Source: Phaeosaccion multiseriatum
Lineage: Eukaryota; Protista; Ochrophyta, other classes
Reading direction: 5' to 3'
Assembly: GCA_965112735.1 (NCBI GenBank)
Contig: OZ218951.1
Span: 1,860,001 to 1,924,000 of the forward strand
Length of the DNA stretch: 64,000 nucleotides
Positions 50,901 through 62,374 of the stretch are shown here, piece by piece. The position numbers and the translations under genes are program-made. The notes under the pieces were generated by a model. The model saw only the letters and a program-made list of their open reading frames with translations. It made no database searches and was not told the origin of the DNA. Position 1 is the first letter of the stretch. Each line of letters opens with the position of its first letter.

Positions 50901-53037
50901 TCGGCGACGCCCTTTGCCGAGGATGATGTGGTGGACATTCGGCCGGTGGGCAGGAACTGCCAGCCCCTCACGCCCTACCCAGAGGCCACGCAGTGGATCG
51001 AGAATGCCAAATTGCATCTGCAGGTGTGTGGTACCGTAGAAAGAGAGGTTGTGTAAAGGGTTGTTTAAAGTAGAGGAAACAGGTGCGCGTAAATGTGTGC
51101 GTGCGTGTGTGCGTGCGTGCCCTTGTTGGATCGTTTCTTTGCTCATCGCGGTCTGGCTTTTTGTCTGCCAGGAGAGGGAGGCGAGTGAAGGAATGTGTTG
51201 CTGTGAGGTGATAGGTGTGCGCTCTTGCTTGGCATCTCGCTCTGACCTCCCTCCCTCTGCTTCTCTCTCCCCACCCTCACGAGCCCAGGCCAGTAACCTG
51301 GGGCGCGCCTTCGAGCTTGCACAGCAGGCCACCTCCACGCTGCTTGCCGTGTGCTCGGGCCTGCACAGCGAGTACGCAGCGGGCCTGGAGCTCATGGCCG
51401 TCATTCTCTACAAGGTATGGTAGCGACATGTTTGGGGACTCGGAGATTATGTACGTGTGTGTGTGTGTGCGATGTGTGTGTGTGTGTGTGTGTGCGTGTT
51501 GGGTGTACAGCTTTTTCGCCGCACACACACACACACGCTTCCACATACAGATACTCCCACACGCACATCACACCTCTCTTCCCTCCCGTCTCCCCCATAC
51601 CTCTTCCCCCATCTACTGCCATCTACTGACATCCACTGCCATCCACACACACACGCACAGGCCAACGACATGGCGAGCACAGTGATGCACGAGGAGAAGG
51701 CCATCACGTACTACGAGCAGCTCGAGGGCTTTGACTCCCCCGCCGTCATCAGTTGCCACGAACATCTCGCGGTATGTGTGTGTGTGCGTATGTGTGCTCG
51801 TTTGTTGTGTTGGCAGAATGCACCTACACACCTACTCCCTACGATGAACCAATACCCTCAATTGCACCAAAATCGTTCGATTACCCTCTCTCTCTGTCTG
51901 AATAGATCACTCACTCACTCACTCACCCCTGATCCATCTACACTTCCCACTCCCCACACCTCCTTCCCTTCTCCCCGGCGCTTCTGTATCACCAACTACT
52001 GCCCCTCTGCACTCACTCACTCACTCACTTACTCACAGGTATTCTACCTCCAGGCGGGAGAGTACGAGAAGGCCTTTGCGCACCTCCGTGCCCACGCCTA
52101 TCTCATCGCACTCACAGCTGGCGAGCACCACCCCTCGCTCTGTACTGCCTACTTGCGTATGGGCAATTTGTACCAGGAGCTGGGGCAGCCGTCCACTGCC
52201 ATGCGCTGCTATCAAGAGGCGTTGAGCAGGGAGGCGCCTCTTGCGGAAACCTCGGCCTCCATCCAGCATGGCATTGCTCAGGTCCGTTGGTGTCTTACAG
52301 TGCTTACAGTGTGTGTACACTGTCGACTGCCCTGTTACCGGCCTGCTACCTGGTGTCTGATGTCTGGAAATAGAAAGTTTGCTGTGCCATGCGTATCTGA
52401 GTGGGGTGGCATGGCAGTCAGTCTCTCTCTCTCTCTCTCTCACTCACTCACTCACTCACTCACTCTCTCCCTCTCTTGTGTCTCTCCTTCCTTGATATCA
52501 CCCTGCTGTACTCTGCTCGCCCACCAAACAAACCAGGTGTTGAGCTCGACTGGGCACTTCAAGGAGGCCCTCACAAAGGAGAAGCACGCCTTCACCATCT
52601 ACAAGACCCTGTACGGAGAGAAGGACAGCCGCACAATGAGCTCCCAGGCGAGCATGGTGGCGCTGACTACCAAAGCCGTGGAGGTGGCTAACGAGTCCAT
52701 GCAATTGCAGCAGGCCAAGGCAGCAGCCGCAGCCAACAAGAAGGCTGGTAGTGGCGGTAGTAGTAGTGCTGGTAGTAATAGTAGGAGTAATAGTGGCAGC
52801 AGCGGCGGTGGTGGCGCTAAGGGCGGCAAGGGTGGTAAGAGTGGCGCCGATGGCGGAGAGGTAAACAGCGGAGCAGGAGCAGGGGGGGAGGGAGGAGGAG
52901 GAGGAGGAGGAGGAGGAGGTGTGGACGAGCTCGACGATGAATGGATCATGTGCAATCCCCAATCGGGAGGAGGGGGAGGGGGAGGGAGCGGGGGGAAGAA
53001 GAAGAAGAGCAAGGGCAAGCGTGGAAAGAAGAGCTAG
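44962..53037 (+). CDS. CLU1: Clustered mitochondria protein (CLU/CLUH, TPR-containing)
   Basis: ATG-only first coding exon (44962-44964|gtacgg..tcgcag|TGASEAA, in frame). Motifs SGWNPPPPQRRLMGDLLY, RDWNEEFQ, FVFNNIFFS, VIDYMGHRWIAQSIIPGIL, ELKGIEGADKRRYLLDVTRLTPRDANW, LHSLGINMRYLG, EMVARGAK, plus C-terminal TPRs (HHPSLCTAYLRMG). Confidence 0.95.
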
Positions 53038-53417
53038 GTAGCCAAAACTAGCCCCAGGAAGGCGATTGGAGAGAAGAGCTACAGTAGGTCGCCAAGGCTT
53101 GCCCCTGGGCGGCGATTGGATTTTTTTTTTTATCGTGATCAATCTTTTTGCCGCGTGAAGACGTGGGCGAGAGAGTGATGAGGGGGTCTGTCTGTGGGCA
53201 CCACGAAAATTAGGAGGAAAGGCGTGCGTGGGTGGAAAGGAGGCGTAGGCCAGGGGCCAGGCCTGTATTGTTGAGCTAACTGTGATTTGCGGCGTATGCA
53301 AACAGTAGTATCGTGCACTACAAAAAGAAGCGCTTAAATGTCCAGGTTCCACGCTTTTTTTGAGTCGTATGACCTTGGTATGTAAGATTATGTATAAGCT
53401 GGTAGAAGTGGAAGCCT

Positions 53418-55702
53418 TTAGTAGGTGTGTATGTGTATGTCAACTCCTCTTGACTCCCCTCTCGCCGCCGCACGGGTAGTCTTGATCCTGCGCTTGGTGG
53501 CGATGTACACGCACGGACCACCGCCACCGCTGCTACTGCTGCCGCTGCTGCTGCTACCCCCGTCCTCCTCCTCTGCCTCTTCCTCTTTCTCCTCCTTCTG
53601 CTCCCTAGCCTCCTCCTCCTCATCATCTTCCTCCTCCTCCCCTTCCCCGGGGCAGTGTACATTGATAGAGAAGTTGAAGTGTTCCCCATCGCCCTCCCCC
53701 TGCTCTCCTGAGCCTTGCTGAAGACCGGGCACCATCGCAGCCTGTCGTGTCGTGGAGTCAAGAAGACACATTTTAAAATCAAAAACAAAAAAACCAATGG
53801 GGGAGGCAGTGAGTAGCAGATGGAATCACACGGGTCTTTTGTTGCTTGCCCTTCCTCCAGAGGATTGATGCTCTCCCTGGTTTCGGCTCTTGCTTTCACT
53901 TCAGAGATCTCTGTCTCTCTATGCTCAGTACCTCTACTCCTCCTTCGTTCCGCTTGCCCCGCCACCACCGCTACCACTCCTTAGCAACTGTAGGTACTCC
54001 CTGCTTCACAGATGGCGCCTTCTCAACACTGCTCCAGTGCTTCCCTGCTTCACAGACTCACGGCTTCACTGCTTCACCGCCTCACCCCACAGTGCCTATC
54101 TACTGTGCTCACTGCGCTCACTCTGCTTCACTTGCACTACAACCTCGCCGCCTCACCTCCAGCAGCTCCATGCCATCGTCACTCTCCGGCGAGAGGTGCG
54201 ACACCACAACGTAACTGCCTCCATCCTCCAACAGCCGCCCCGCCTCCGTGCACAGCTGCAGCGCGTTGGCCATGCCCGACCCGTCTCTTGCGCAGAGCAT
54301 GGCGTCGATGGTGCCCTTGTCGATGATGGCGCCGTAGCTCTGAGGGGGCAGGCCTGTGGCTCGTGCATCCTGCACAACACGTACAACAACGCACACATGT
54401 ATGCAGCACACAACGGGGGGTTGAGTGGGTGGGTTGGTAAGAGAACCCAAGTACCTAGGGGGTGTTTGTGTGGGTGTGTGTGTTTCGTTTCGCGGTGGCA
54501 TTCAAAAGACACAACACCAACAACAACAACAACAACAACAACAAAAGTGTGCGCATTTCATTGTCCTGTTTGTCCATGTGCGTGACTAGGGGCAGGGAAG
54601 GCGAGGAGCAAGAGAGCTCAAAAGCACTTTGGGAGCCCAAAAGCCACATATCTCTCTCTCTCTCTCTCTCTCCTCCTTTTCCCCGCCCGCCCGTCCTCTC
54701 CCTACCTTTACAGAGAAAGTCATTTTGCTGCCGTCGTCTTCGCCCGACTGAGAGCCGCACGAGGAGGAGGAGGAGGCGGCCTTGTCAGGCGCAACACCGC
54801 TAGTCCCTCCAGTGGTCATTCTCGCCTTGTGCTGCTCCTGTAGGCTCTTGACAACGGTCGGGGAGAAGTCGATGCTATCGATCTGCACAGGGGGAAGAAC
54901 AAGTCGGGGAGGGGCAAGTCATGGGGAGGAGGCACACACAAACAGAGTCGTGAGGACGACGCGCTCAGAAACACAAGGCTCAAGGGGTTTGGGTTAGAGC
55001 ATGGAGTGGCGAGATGGAGGACATGCAACAATTGGACGGGGCCAGCGTCACAGTGAGTGTGCTGCTCGGGTCGAGGCCTTCAAAGGAGGAGAGAACAAGG
55101 ACAACAAGTGAATATCTCTCACCTGTCCGGTGTATCCCCCTTGGCGCATATCCCAGGCCAAAGGCTACGAGGACGGAGATGTAGAGAAAGGGAAGAGGAA
55201 GTGTTACAAGAGGTCTTGAACTTACGAAAAGGAGGGCAGTATCTCTCACCTTGTCCCCACATCCCACATCGAGCACAGCCCCACAGGACGCGCGCGTCAG
55301 AAGAGGCAGTAGAAGCGGACTCAGTAGCTCGAAGCTGTAATACCACTCCCACCCCGAACCGCTGTCCTTCTCGCCCTTGCTCTGGTCGCTCCTGTCCTCT
55401 CCACCTCCTCCTGCTGCTGCCGCTGCTGCTGCTTTGCTGACGTACCTCTCCTCCCAGTAAGCCTGCTCCGAATACTGGTTTGTCTCTACCTCGCCCTTGT
55501 TCTTGTTCTCTGCCCCGCAGCGCTTGTTTGCCTCGCACTTTGTCTCGCATTTATGCACCTCCTCCTCCTTCGGCTCCGCGCCTTCAGCCCCTGCCATTTC
55601 CCTGCGTGGTCGTTTCGCTGCACCATTTCCGCTCCTAGTGGTGTTGGGCTCTGCTTCTCCTCCTCTCCTACTTCCAGATCGACTACAGCGGGCTTTGGCC
55701 AT
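53418..55702 (-). CDS. Class I SAM-dependent methyltransferase, METTL13-N/EEF1AKMT4 (ECE2)-like
   Basis: Five exons: YSEQAYWEERY...WEWYYSF...VLDVGCGDK | PLAWDMRQGGYTGQ | IDSIDFSPTVV | DARA...AIIDKGTIDAMLC...RLLEDGGSYVVVSH | ...PCVYIATKR. These are motif I, post-I and the DKGTxD motif. Confidence 0.85.
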
Positions 55703-55956
55703 GGTAATACCACACACTTTGTAAGCGTAGAAGAAGGAGCTAAGGAGGGAGGGGGGAGGGTGGTATCCAATTTCAGTTCCAAGTTGATTTGCGCCGTTGA
55801 CAATAAAATCAAGTAGCTGTAGCAAAACTATATACCAGCGTCGTCAGCAGCAGGCAAGGCCTGGAAGAGTAGCAAGAAGATAACGCCCAGTCACGGGCCC
55901 AGGGCGGCGTTTCTTTGAGGAAGGAAGAGGGGACGAGGAAGAGAGGAGAGAGGAGA

Positions 55957-58900
55957 ATGGAAACGCGGGGGTCGAGGAAGCGCAAAGTCCTCCAAACAAT
56001 AGCCACCACCAACAGCAGCAGCGGCGGCGAAAGCAACCGGCGCCACCCCAGTGAACGTAAGGCAAAGTACTCGAGGGCTGCTGCGCACTCGGAAGCGGCT
56101 ATGGCAGACGCCAAAGCGAAGGAAGACACGACGCCGAAGCGGGCGTCGTCCCAGAGCGGGCCCTTCCCGGGTCCTCTCTCCCCTATCTCCGCCGTCTCCT
56201 CTCCTTCTTCGACGGTGCGCTCGTCTAACTGCAGTAAGACCAGCTCACGTCAGGAAGCACAAGCAGGAGGAGGAGGAGGGAAGACTCGAATGTTCATCGC
56301 AGTCCGGATCAGACCTTTGTCAGCGAAGGAGCAGGCCGCTGGTATTCGTCCCTGCTGCGACACTGAGGCAGGCAGCAATGGTATCAACGATAACGCCGAC
56401 TCGGAGAGCATCATTGAGGGGGGTGGGGGCGTGGTAACCATTAATAGGGGCGCGTCTGGGGGGGGGTATCTCAAGAGCCAACAGGGCACCTCCAATGACT
56501 ACTGCTTCGACAGGGCCTTTGGTATGAAGAGCACGCAAGCAGAGGTATATGAGGGCACCACCAAGCCCTTCATTAAGGATGTGCTTGACGGCATTAACGT
56601 CACCGTCTTCGCCTACGGAGCCACAGGTAGGTTTGATACGCTAGGGTCATGTCGCACTATGCTGCGATTCGCTAAGCGGGGGGGGGGGGGAGTCCTGCTT
56701 CTTCCACCACAGACACGCCCCCAGCCCCTTTCCTGCAGTACTTTATATGTCTACCTATCACCCTCCCTACAGATGCACTGCCCTGTGCACGGTACCTACC
56801 ACCCCACCCCGCACGCACAACTCAATGGCTTTAGCATCGTGTGTCCTTTGGCACGTGTCGTCTGCGGCCTGTTCACCCCATCCCAATGTCCACTGCCCTC
56901 CTGCGGAACATTCATATTCCGTCCCTCTCCTCCCTTCTTCCACTGCTCTGGTGGAAACTCATCCCAACCCGGTAACCGTTTCGCCCCTGGGCGATCGATG
57001 GGCTTGCAGGTGCCGGTAAGACGCACACGATGATGGGTTCGGAGAGAGTCGTGGGCGTTACAGAAGAGGCAGGAGGTCGAGGGGGGCGGGGAGGGCGAGG
57101 AGGTTCGGGGGCGGAGGCACCAGCAGCAGAAGTGTCCGGCATTGTACCCCAGTCTCTCGTTGATGTGTTCAAGGGCCTCAAGAAGCGCCAGCAGGCGGCG
57201 CCGGACGAAACTTGGACCGTCGAGGTAAGGTGGGGAGGAAGAAAGGAAAGAAGGTGGGGGTGCTGCATACCCTTTTCTGTCTGTGTGTGGTATGACGTGA
57301 TGCCTAGACTGTCCTGGAGAGGAGACGCTGCCCCACCCCCGAACATGTCCGTGTGTTATGTATATACGTATGTTTGCCTACGTAAATGCTTGTGCGTGCT
57401 CTGTCGTCGTCTTTCTTTTTGGTTTCGATCCCCCCCCCCATCTTTGCGACACTCGTACACACGCACAGATACACCCCTCTTGCTCGCTTCAGGGGGGTGC
57501 ACTGCGCGCGCCTGTATTGTTAACATCGAAACGCATGTTCACCACTTCCCTCTTTCTATGCCTGTATACCTGCTTGTCTGCACAGGTGAGCTACCTAGAG
57601 GTGTACAACGAGCAGCTGCTGGACCTACTGGAGCCCTCCTCAAAGGCCCTCAAGCTGTTGGAGGACAAGGAGAAGGGGCAGATGAGGGTAAGTGATCAAC
57701 ACCACACCGCTCCACGCCCTACACACACGGCACCCCACCACACCACATCAGATCACACCTCATCCCACCCCACCACGCCTGCTCATCATCATCTCCATCT
57801 ATCTACTCCTCTCGCGATGCCCACCCACCTCTACATTTATCTTAGATACGACTAGTTACTGGTGACGTCCACACATGCGTGCATCTATCTACTACTTTGT
57901 GTACCCACACACACACGTGCTTGTGCTTCATGCCATTCGAGGCGAAAAACCACATTGAATGGTATAATACCCTTTCGCAGTTAACTCGCCTCCCTACCTC
58001 TTCCCTGCCTACCTGTCTGTGTGCCTTGTCTACCTACCGGTCTACCTGACCCATATGCCTGCCTGACTGCCTGCTCGTATGCCTGCGGTGGACCTATCCC
58101 CTCGCCCTCTCCTCTGCTCTCTGCCCCCTGCCCTCTGCCCTCTCCTTCCCCCTCTCCCTTTTAGGTGCTGGGTCTGGCTAAACGGCCCGTGGGGTCCAGC
58201 GAGGAGGTGCTGCAGCTGCTACGAGAGGGAAACTCGCACCGCAAGACGGAGAGCACCGGAGCTAACAGCGTGTCCTCTCGGTCACACGCCGTCCTGCGGG
58301 TCAGTCAATAAGGCAGTGAGGCAAAGACAGAGAGAGAGGGAGCAGCATACCTCTTGGTCAATCAAGGATGGTGGTAACATGCATCACGCCTTGTCCTCTT
58401 CTCTCCCCCCATCCGCACCTCCCTCTCACTCCTGCCGCTTCTTACATCTCCCTCCCCCCTCCTCTCTTCTCCCCTTCCAGCTCATGGTCACCCGTGCCCC
58501 CTCGTCAGGAGGGAGAGGAAGGGGCCCTCTCAGCAAGGGGCGGGATTCTTCTCGGCAGCAGCCTCAGCTGTTCCGTGGTGTCGAGTCTACGCTCAGCCTC
58601 ATTGACTTAGCGGGGTCGGAGAGGGCGTCCGCCACCAAGAACAAGGGGGAGCAGCTCAGGCAGGCAAGGCTTACGTCCCTCCTCCTTCTTCCTCCCTACC
58701 TACTTTCCTACCCAGCCTTCTACCTACCTGTTTGCTTGACTTTGCTAGTGCGCAGAGCTTTGCTTGCAACAGAGAGAGAGAGTACTGCTCTCTGCGCTGC
58801 TCTGCTGCTCCTGCTGCTCCTCCCCGCCCGGCTTTTCTTCGGGTTTGGCCAATAGCTCTCGAAACCAAGAAGCACGCAGCTTCACCCCCCCTCCCTCCCT

Positions 58901-61900
58901 CATCTCCCCCACTCACTCGCCTTCCTCCGCCTCTCGCCTTCCGTCTCCCCCTCGCCCTTCAGGGCGCTAACATCAACAAGAGCTTGCTCTCCTTGGCCAA
59001 CTGCATCAACGCACTCGCCGCCAACGCAGGTAGTGAACAACAACTCTCACTTTCGTAACTGCACCTCCTTGACTTCATGAACCTCCTTGATCTTTACCTT
59101 GGTTAGGGTACCTTGATTGATCTTGATGGACCCAATTGATCGACATCTTGACTCACCTTCCTCTACTCACCTCGACAATTCTCCCTCTCTCCCTCCCTCC
59201 CTCCCTTAACAGGCAAGAAGGGCAAGAGCCGCCCTACTAACGTCAAGTACCGAGACAGCAAGCTCACACACCTCCTCAAGACCAGCCTGGAGGGGCAGTG
59301 CTCCGTCGTCATGATCACCAACGTCAATCCCTCCCACCTCACCTTCGAGGACACCCACAACTCACTCAAGTATGCAGACCGAGCCAAGCAGATCAAGGTA
59401 TGTCAATGGATGTGCGTGTGTGCGTGCGTGGGTGTGTATGAGTTTGGTGGGTGCATGGGTGCGTGTGTGGGTGGGAGGGAGTAGAGTGAAGAGTTTTGTG
59501 GAGTTGCTGTGGGAGATACCCTTCCAACGCCCATTTCTCCTTCCACTCTCTCTCTCTCCCCACGCCGATTGCGGCTCCTGCTTCGCTCTCCTGTTTCCCC
59601 CTGTGCAGCTGGACCCCGCGATAAAGGAGCAGCGCCGTCTCGCCGCCGCCGCTTCCTCCTCCTCCTCCTCCTCCTCCTCCCTGGCCGCTGCCGGAGAGAG
59701 GGAGGCCCTCCTTCAAATGGAAGTCAAGGAGTTGAGGGAGGCCAACGCGACCCTGCAGGAGACGGTACAGGAGCTCAGCAAGCGGAGAGCTTCCGAGTCG
59801 AGGAGGGAGGGTGGCGGCAGCGGTGAGGGCGGAGGAGGCGGGTGCGACGAAATGAGCAGAACGCCGGAGGAGGAGAGCACAAACAGCACCAACTCCACCA
59901 CCAACACCACTTCCTCGTCGTCGTCCTTGTTGGGCAATGACGAGGAGGAGGACAGCAAGGGCAAAGACAAAGACATAGACGAAGGCCATCAAACGGCGGA
60001 GCTGGAGGAGGCGGAACAGGCCGTGAAGGAGGGGCAGGAACGGCTCCGGAGCATGCAGGGAACGATCGACGCTCTGCAGGCACAGGTCAAGACGGTGGAG
60101 GAAGCAAGCTTGGCCAATGTGTTCTTCCAAAAGCTCGAGGGGAGGGTGGAGCAAATGACTTCTCCCCATGCCCAGGCAGAGGTCATGTCGCTGCTGCACG
60201 ACGTGAGCACAGCTTGGGTGCAGGAAAAGGCGGCAGAGGCTGCTCACTTGCTGCAGCAGCAAAAGGGTAGTACCGGAAATAAGGGAGGGCGTGAGAGGGA
60301 CGTGGAGGGAGAGGATTCCGCGTCAGCATCATCATCATCTGCTGGTGCTGGTGCTGGTGCTGTTGCTGCGACTGTGGGCGAAGAGGTGACTCCGTCTTGT
60401 TTGTCATCATCAACTCTCGAGAAGCATCAGGAGGAGGAGATGAAGCGAAGCCAGCGACAACGACAAGAGGAGAAGGAGAAGGAGGAGGAGGAGGAGGAGG
60501 AGGAGGAGGAGGAGGACGGCAAGAAGAAGTGGCAGAGGGACGATGAGAAGGAGGACGAAGAGGAGGGTGAGGATGGGGTCGGGGGTGACCACCTCCACTT
60601 GCGCAGCATCTTCTCGTCCGAGTACGGCAGGCAGCTGGCGAGGGGGAAATCCTCAGACGAGGCTGCAGCAGCAGCCGCACGTGCCATGGCAACGGCAACA
60701 GCGGTGCTGTCCAAGGGGGCGAAGGAGGGGGGAGGGGAAGGGGATGGGGAGGGGGATAGGAGCGGCAATCATCACGGCCACAGAGGAATGTTGAACGTTT
60801 CGCTTGACTCTTTGGACTTCCTGGACTCCGAGTCTGAAGATGGCGACCACGGCGGAGGGGGAGGGCGAGAGAAGGAGTGCTACGAGCATCTACCTCCTCT
60901 CCACCCGCAGACGCAGCAGACGCAGACGCAGACGCAGCAGCAGCAGCAGCAGCAGACAGAGAGCGCGGCACGCAAAGGCTGCATGGCGGGCTGGATGGCC
61001 GCCACGGAAACGTGCAGAAAGGAGGCGGAGCAACAGCAGTTGGTGATACAGCGGCAGCACACTAAGCAGCCGCGGACGATGCTTCAGGAGGGGGACACGG
61101 TGGTGGAGCAGCCCCTGGCCAAGAGGCGACGAAGGGTCGAGGAGGGTGTCCGTGACGGGACGGGCGACAATGCCACTGCCAATGCCAATGTCGCTGCGAT
61201 GGAGGTGGAGATGGACGATCTTCCGCGGAGGAGAAGGTTCGGGACGACGCTCAAAGGCACCAGCGACAGTTGCCTCAACATTCAGAGAAACACCCCCACC
61301 ACCGCTGGTGCCACTGCCTCGGCTGCTGCCGCGGGGGACAAGAGCAGCAGCAGAAATAGGAAAGAAGTCACTACCCCCCGGGAGCGGACGGGCCTCTCCG
61401 ATGACGGCGGCCCTGGCACGATCCCCCCCCTCTCGCCTTCCAGTGCTACCAAGAGCGGTGCTGCGAAGAGCAGTGCCTGTGCTAGCAAGGGCAGTGGCAA
61501 GGGGCACGTCAAGTACCCAGCCTCGGGCATTGCGTCCTCGAAGAAGGTGCTCAGCGCGCGAGTTGCAGCGGCCCACTTGGCCATGTCACCGGAGAGGCAC
61601 CACCGACGACCGTCAGTACCAGCAGTGGCTTCTCCTTCAGCAGTTGGTGGTACGGTAGTCGCAGCAGCAGTTGAGGATACAACCGCCAATACCGGCAGCT
61701 CAAGCAGTGGTAATGCCGCAACTCCTGCCCCTGTCCGCCAGAGGGGGGGATTAGTGGCCTCGGCAGTGAGGCTCATGATTGAGAAGGCTATGATAGGAGG
61801 AGGAGGAGGGGGGGGAGGGGGAGGAGGAGGTAGTGGAGGAGAAGGAGGGGGAGGAGGAGGAGGAGGAGGTGAAACCGCTATTAGTGGTGGTGCGGTTGTC

Positions 61901-61951
61901 GCCAATCGAATCACGCGTTCTTCACGGCGAATGGGGGGGGCGGTTGTGTGA
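55957..61951 (+). CDS. Kinesin-8 family motor (KIF18/KIF19/Kip3-like)
   Basis: [22 protein letters not shown]|[96 protein letters not shown], SLLxLxNCINAL and LKYAxRAK are typical of kinesin-8. Long disordered tail. Confidence 0.9.
58664..58962 (+). other. GC-AG intron in kinesin-8
   Basis: The conserved motor sequence GEQLRQ|GANINKSLL requires the donor cag|gcaagg and the acceptor ttcag|ggcgct. Confidence 0.85.
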
Positions 61952-62374
61952 GGCTTTTGGATGAAAGCAGAATCCGTGTTCATCGGGTAGGGAGGGGGGC
62001 GTCGGGGGGGGAAGAGGAAGCCCAGGGTACCTCCTCTGTTCTTTGTTGTTGCTTGTTGCTGTTGTTGTTGTTGTTGCTGTGCGTATTACGTTGTCTGCAG
62101 CTCCGCAGTCGATCGATCCGAGAGGACACGCCGCGAGCCCGTGGTGCGCACATACGATAATTTAAGAGAGGAATAAAGCGGAATGGAGAAAATAGTCCAT
62201 CTTCTCCTGATTTACATATATATATATCCTTGTAATTTGTGTAGTTATTCACATGCAGCCTCCCCCCTCCCCCCCCACCCGAGGGGCTACCAGGATGTGG
62301 GGCCGCTCTTTGTTTTAATTAGGGGAGAACAAAAGCAAACGAAAACTAAAAAAAAGTGAAGCAAAAGCGCACAG

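Noticed and set aside
61034-61052. 19-nt identity (CAGCAGTTGGTGATACAGC) with the CHD minisatellite
   Set aside because: CAG-rich low-complexity context and a different reading frame; insufficient evidence for a mobile repeat.
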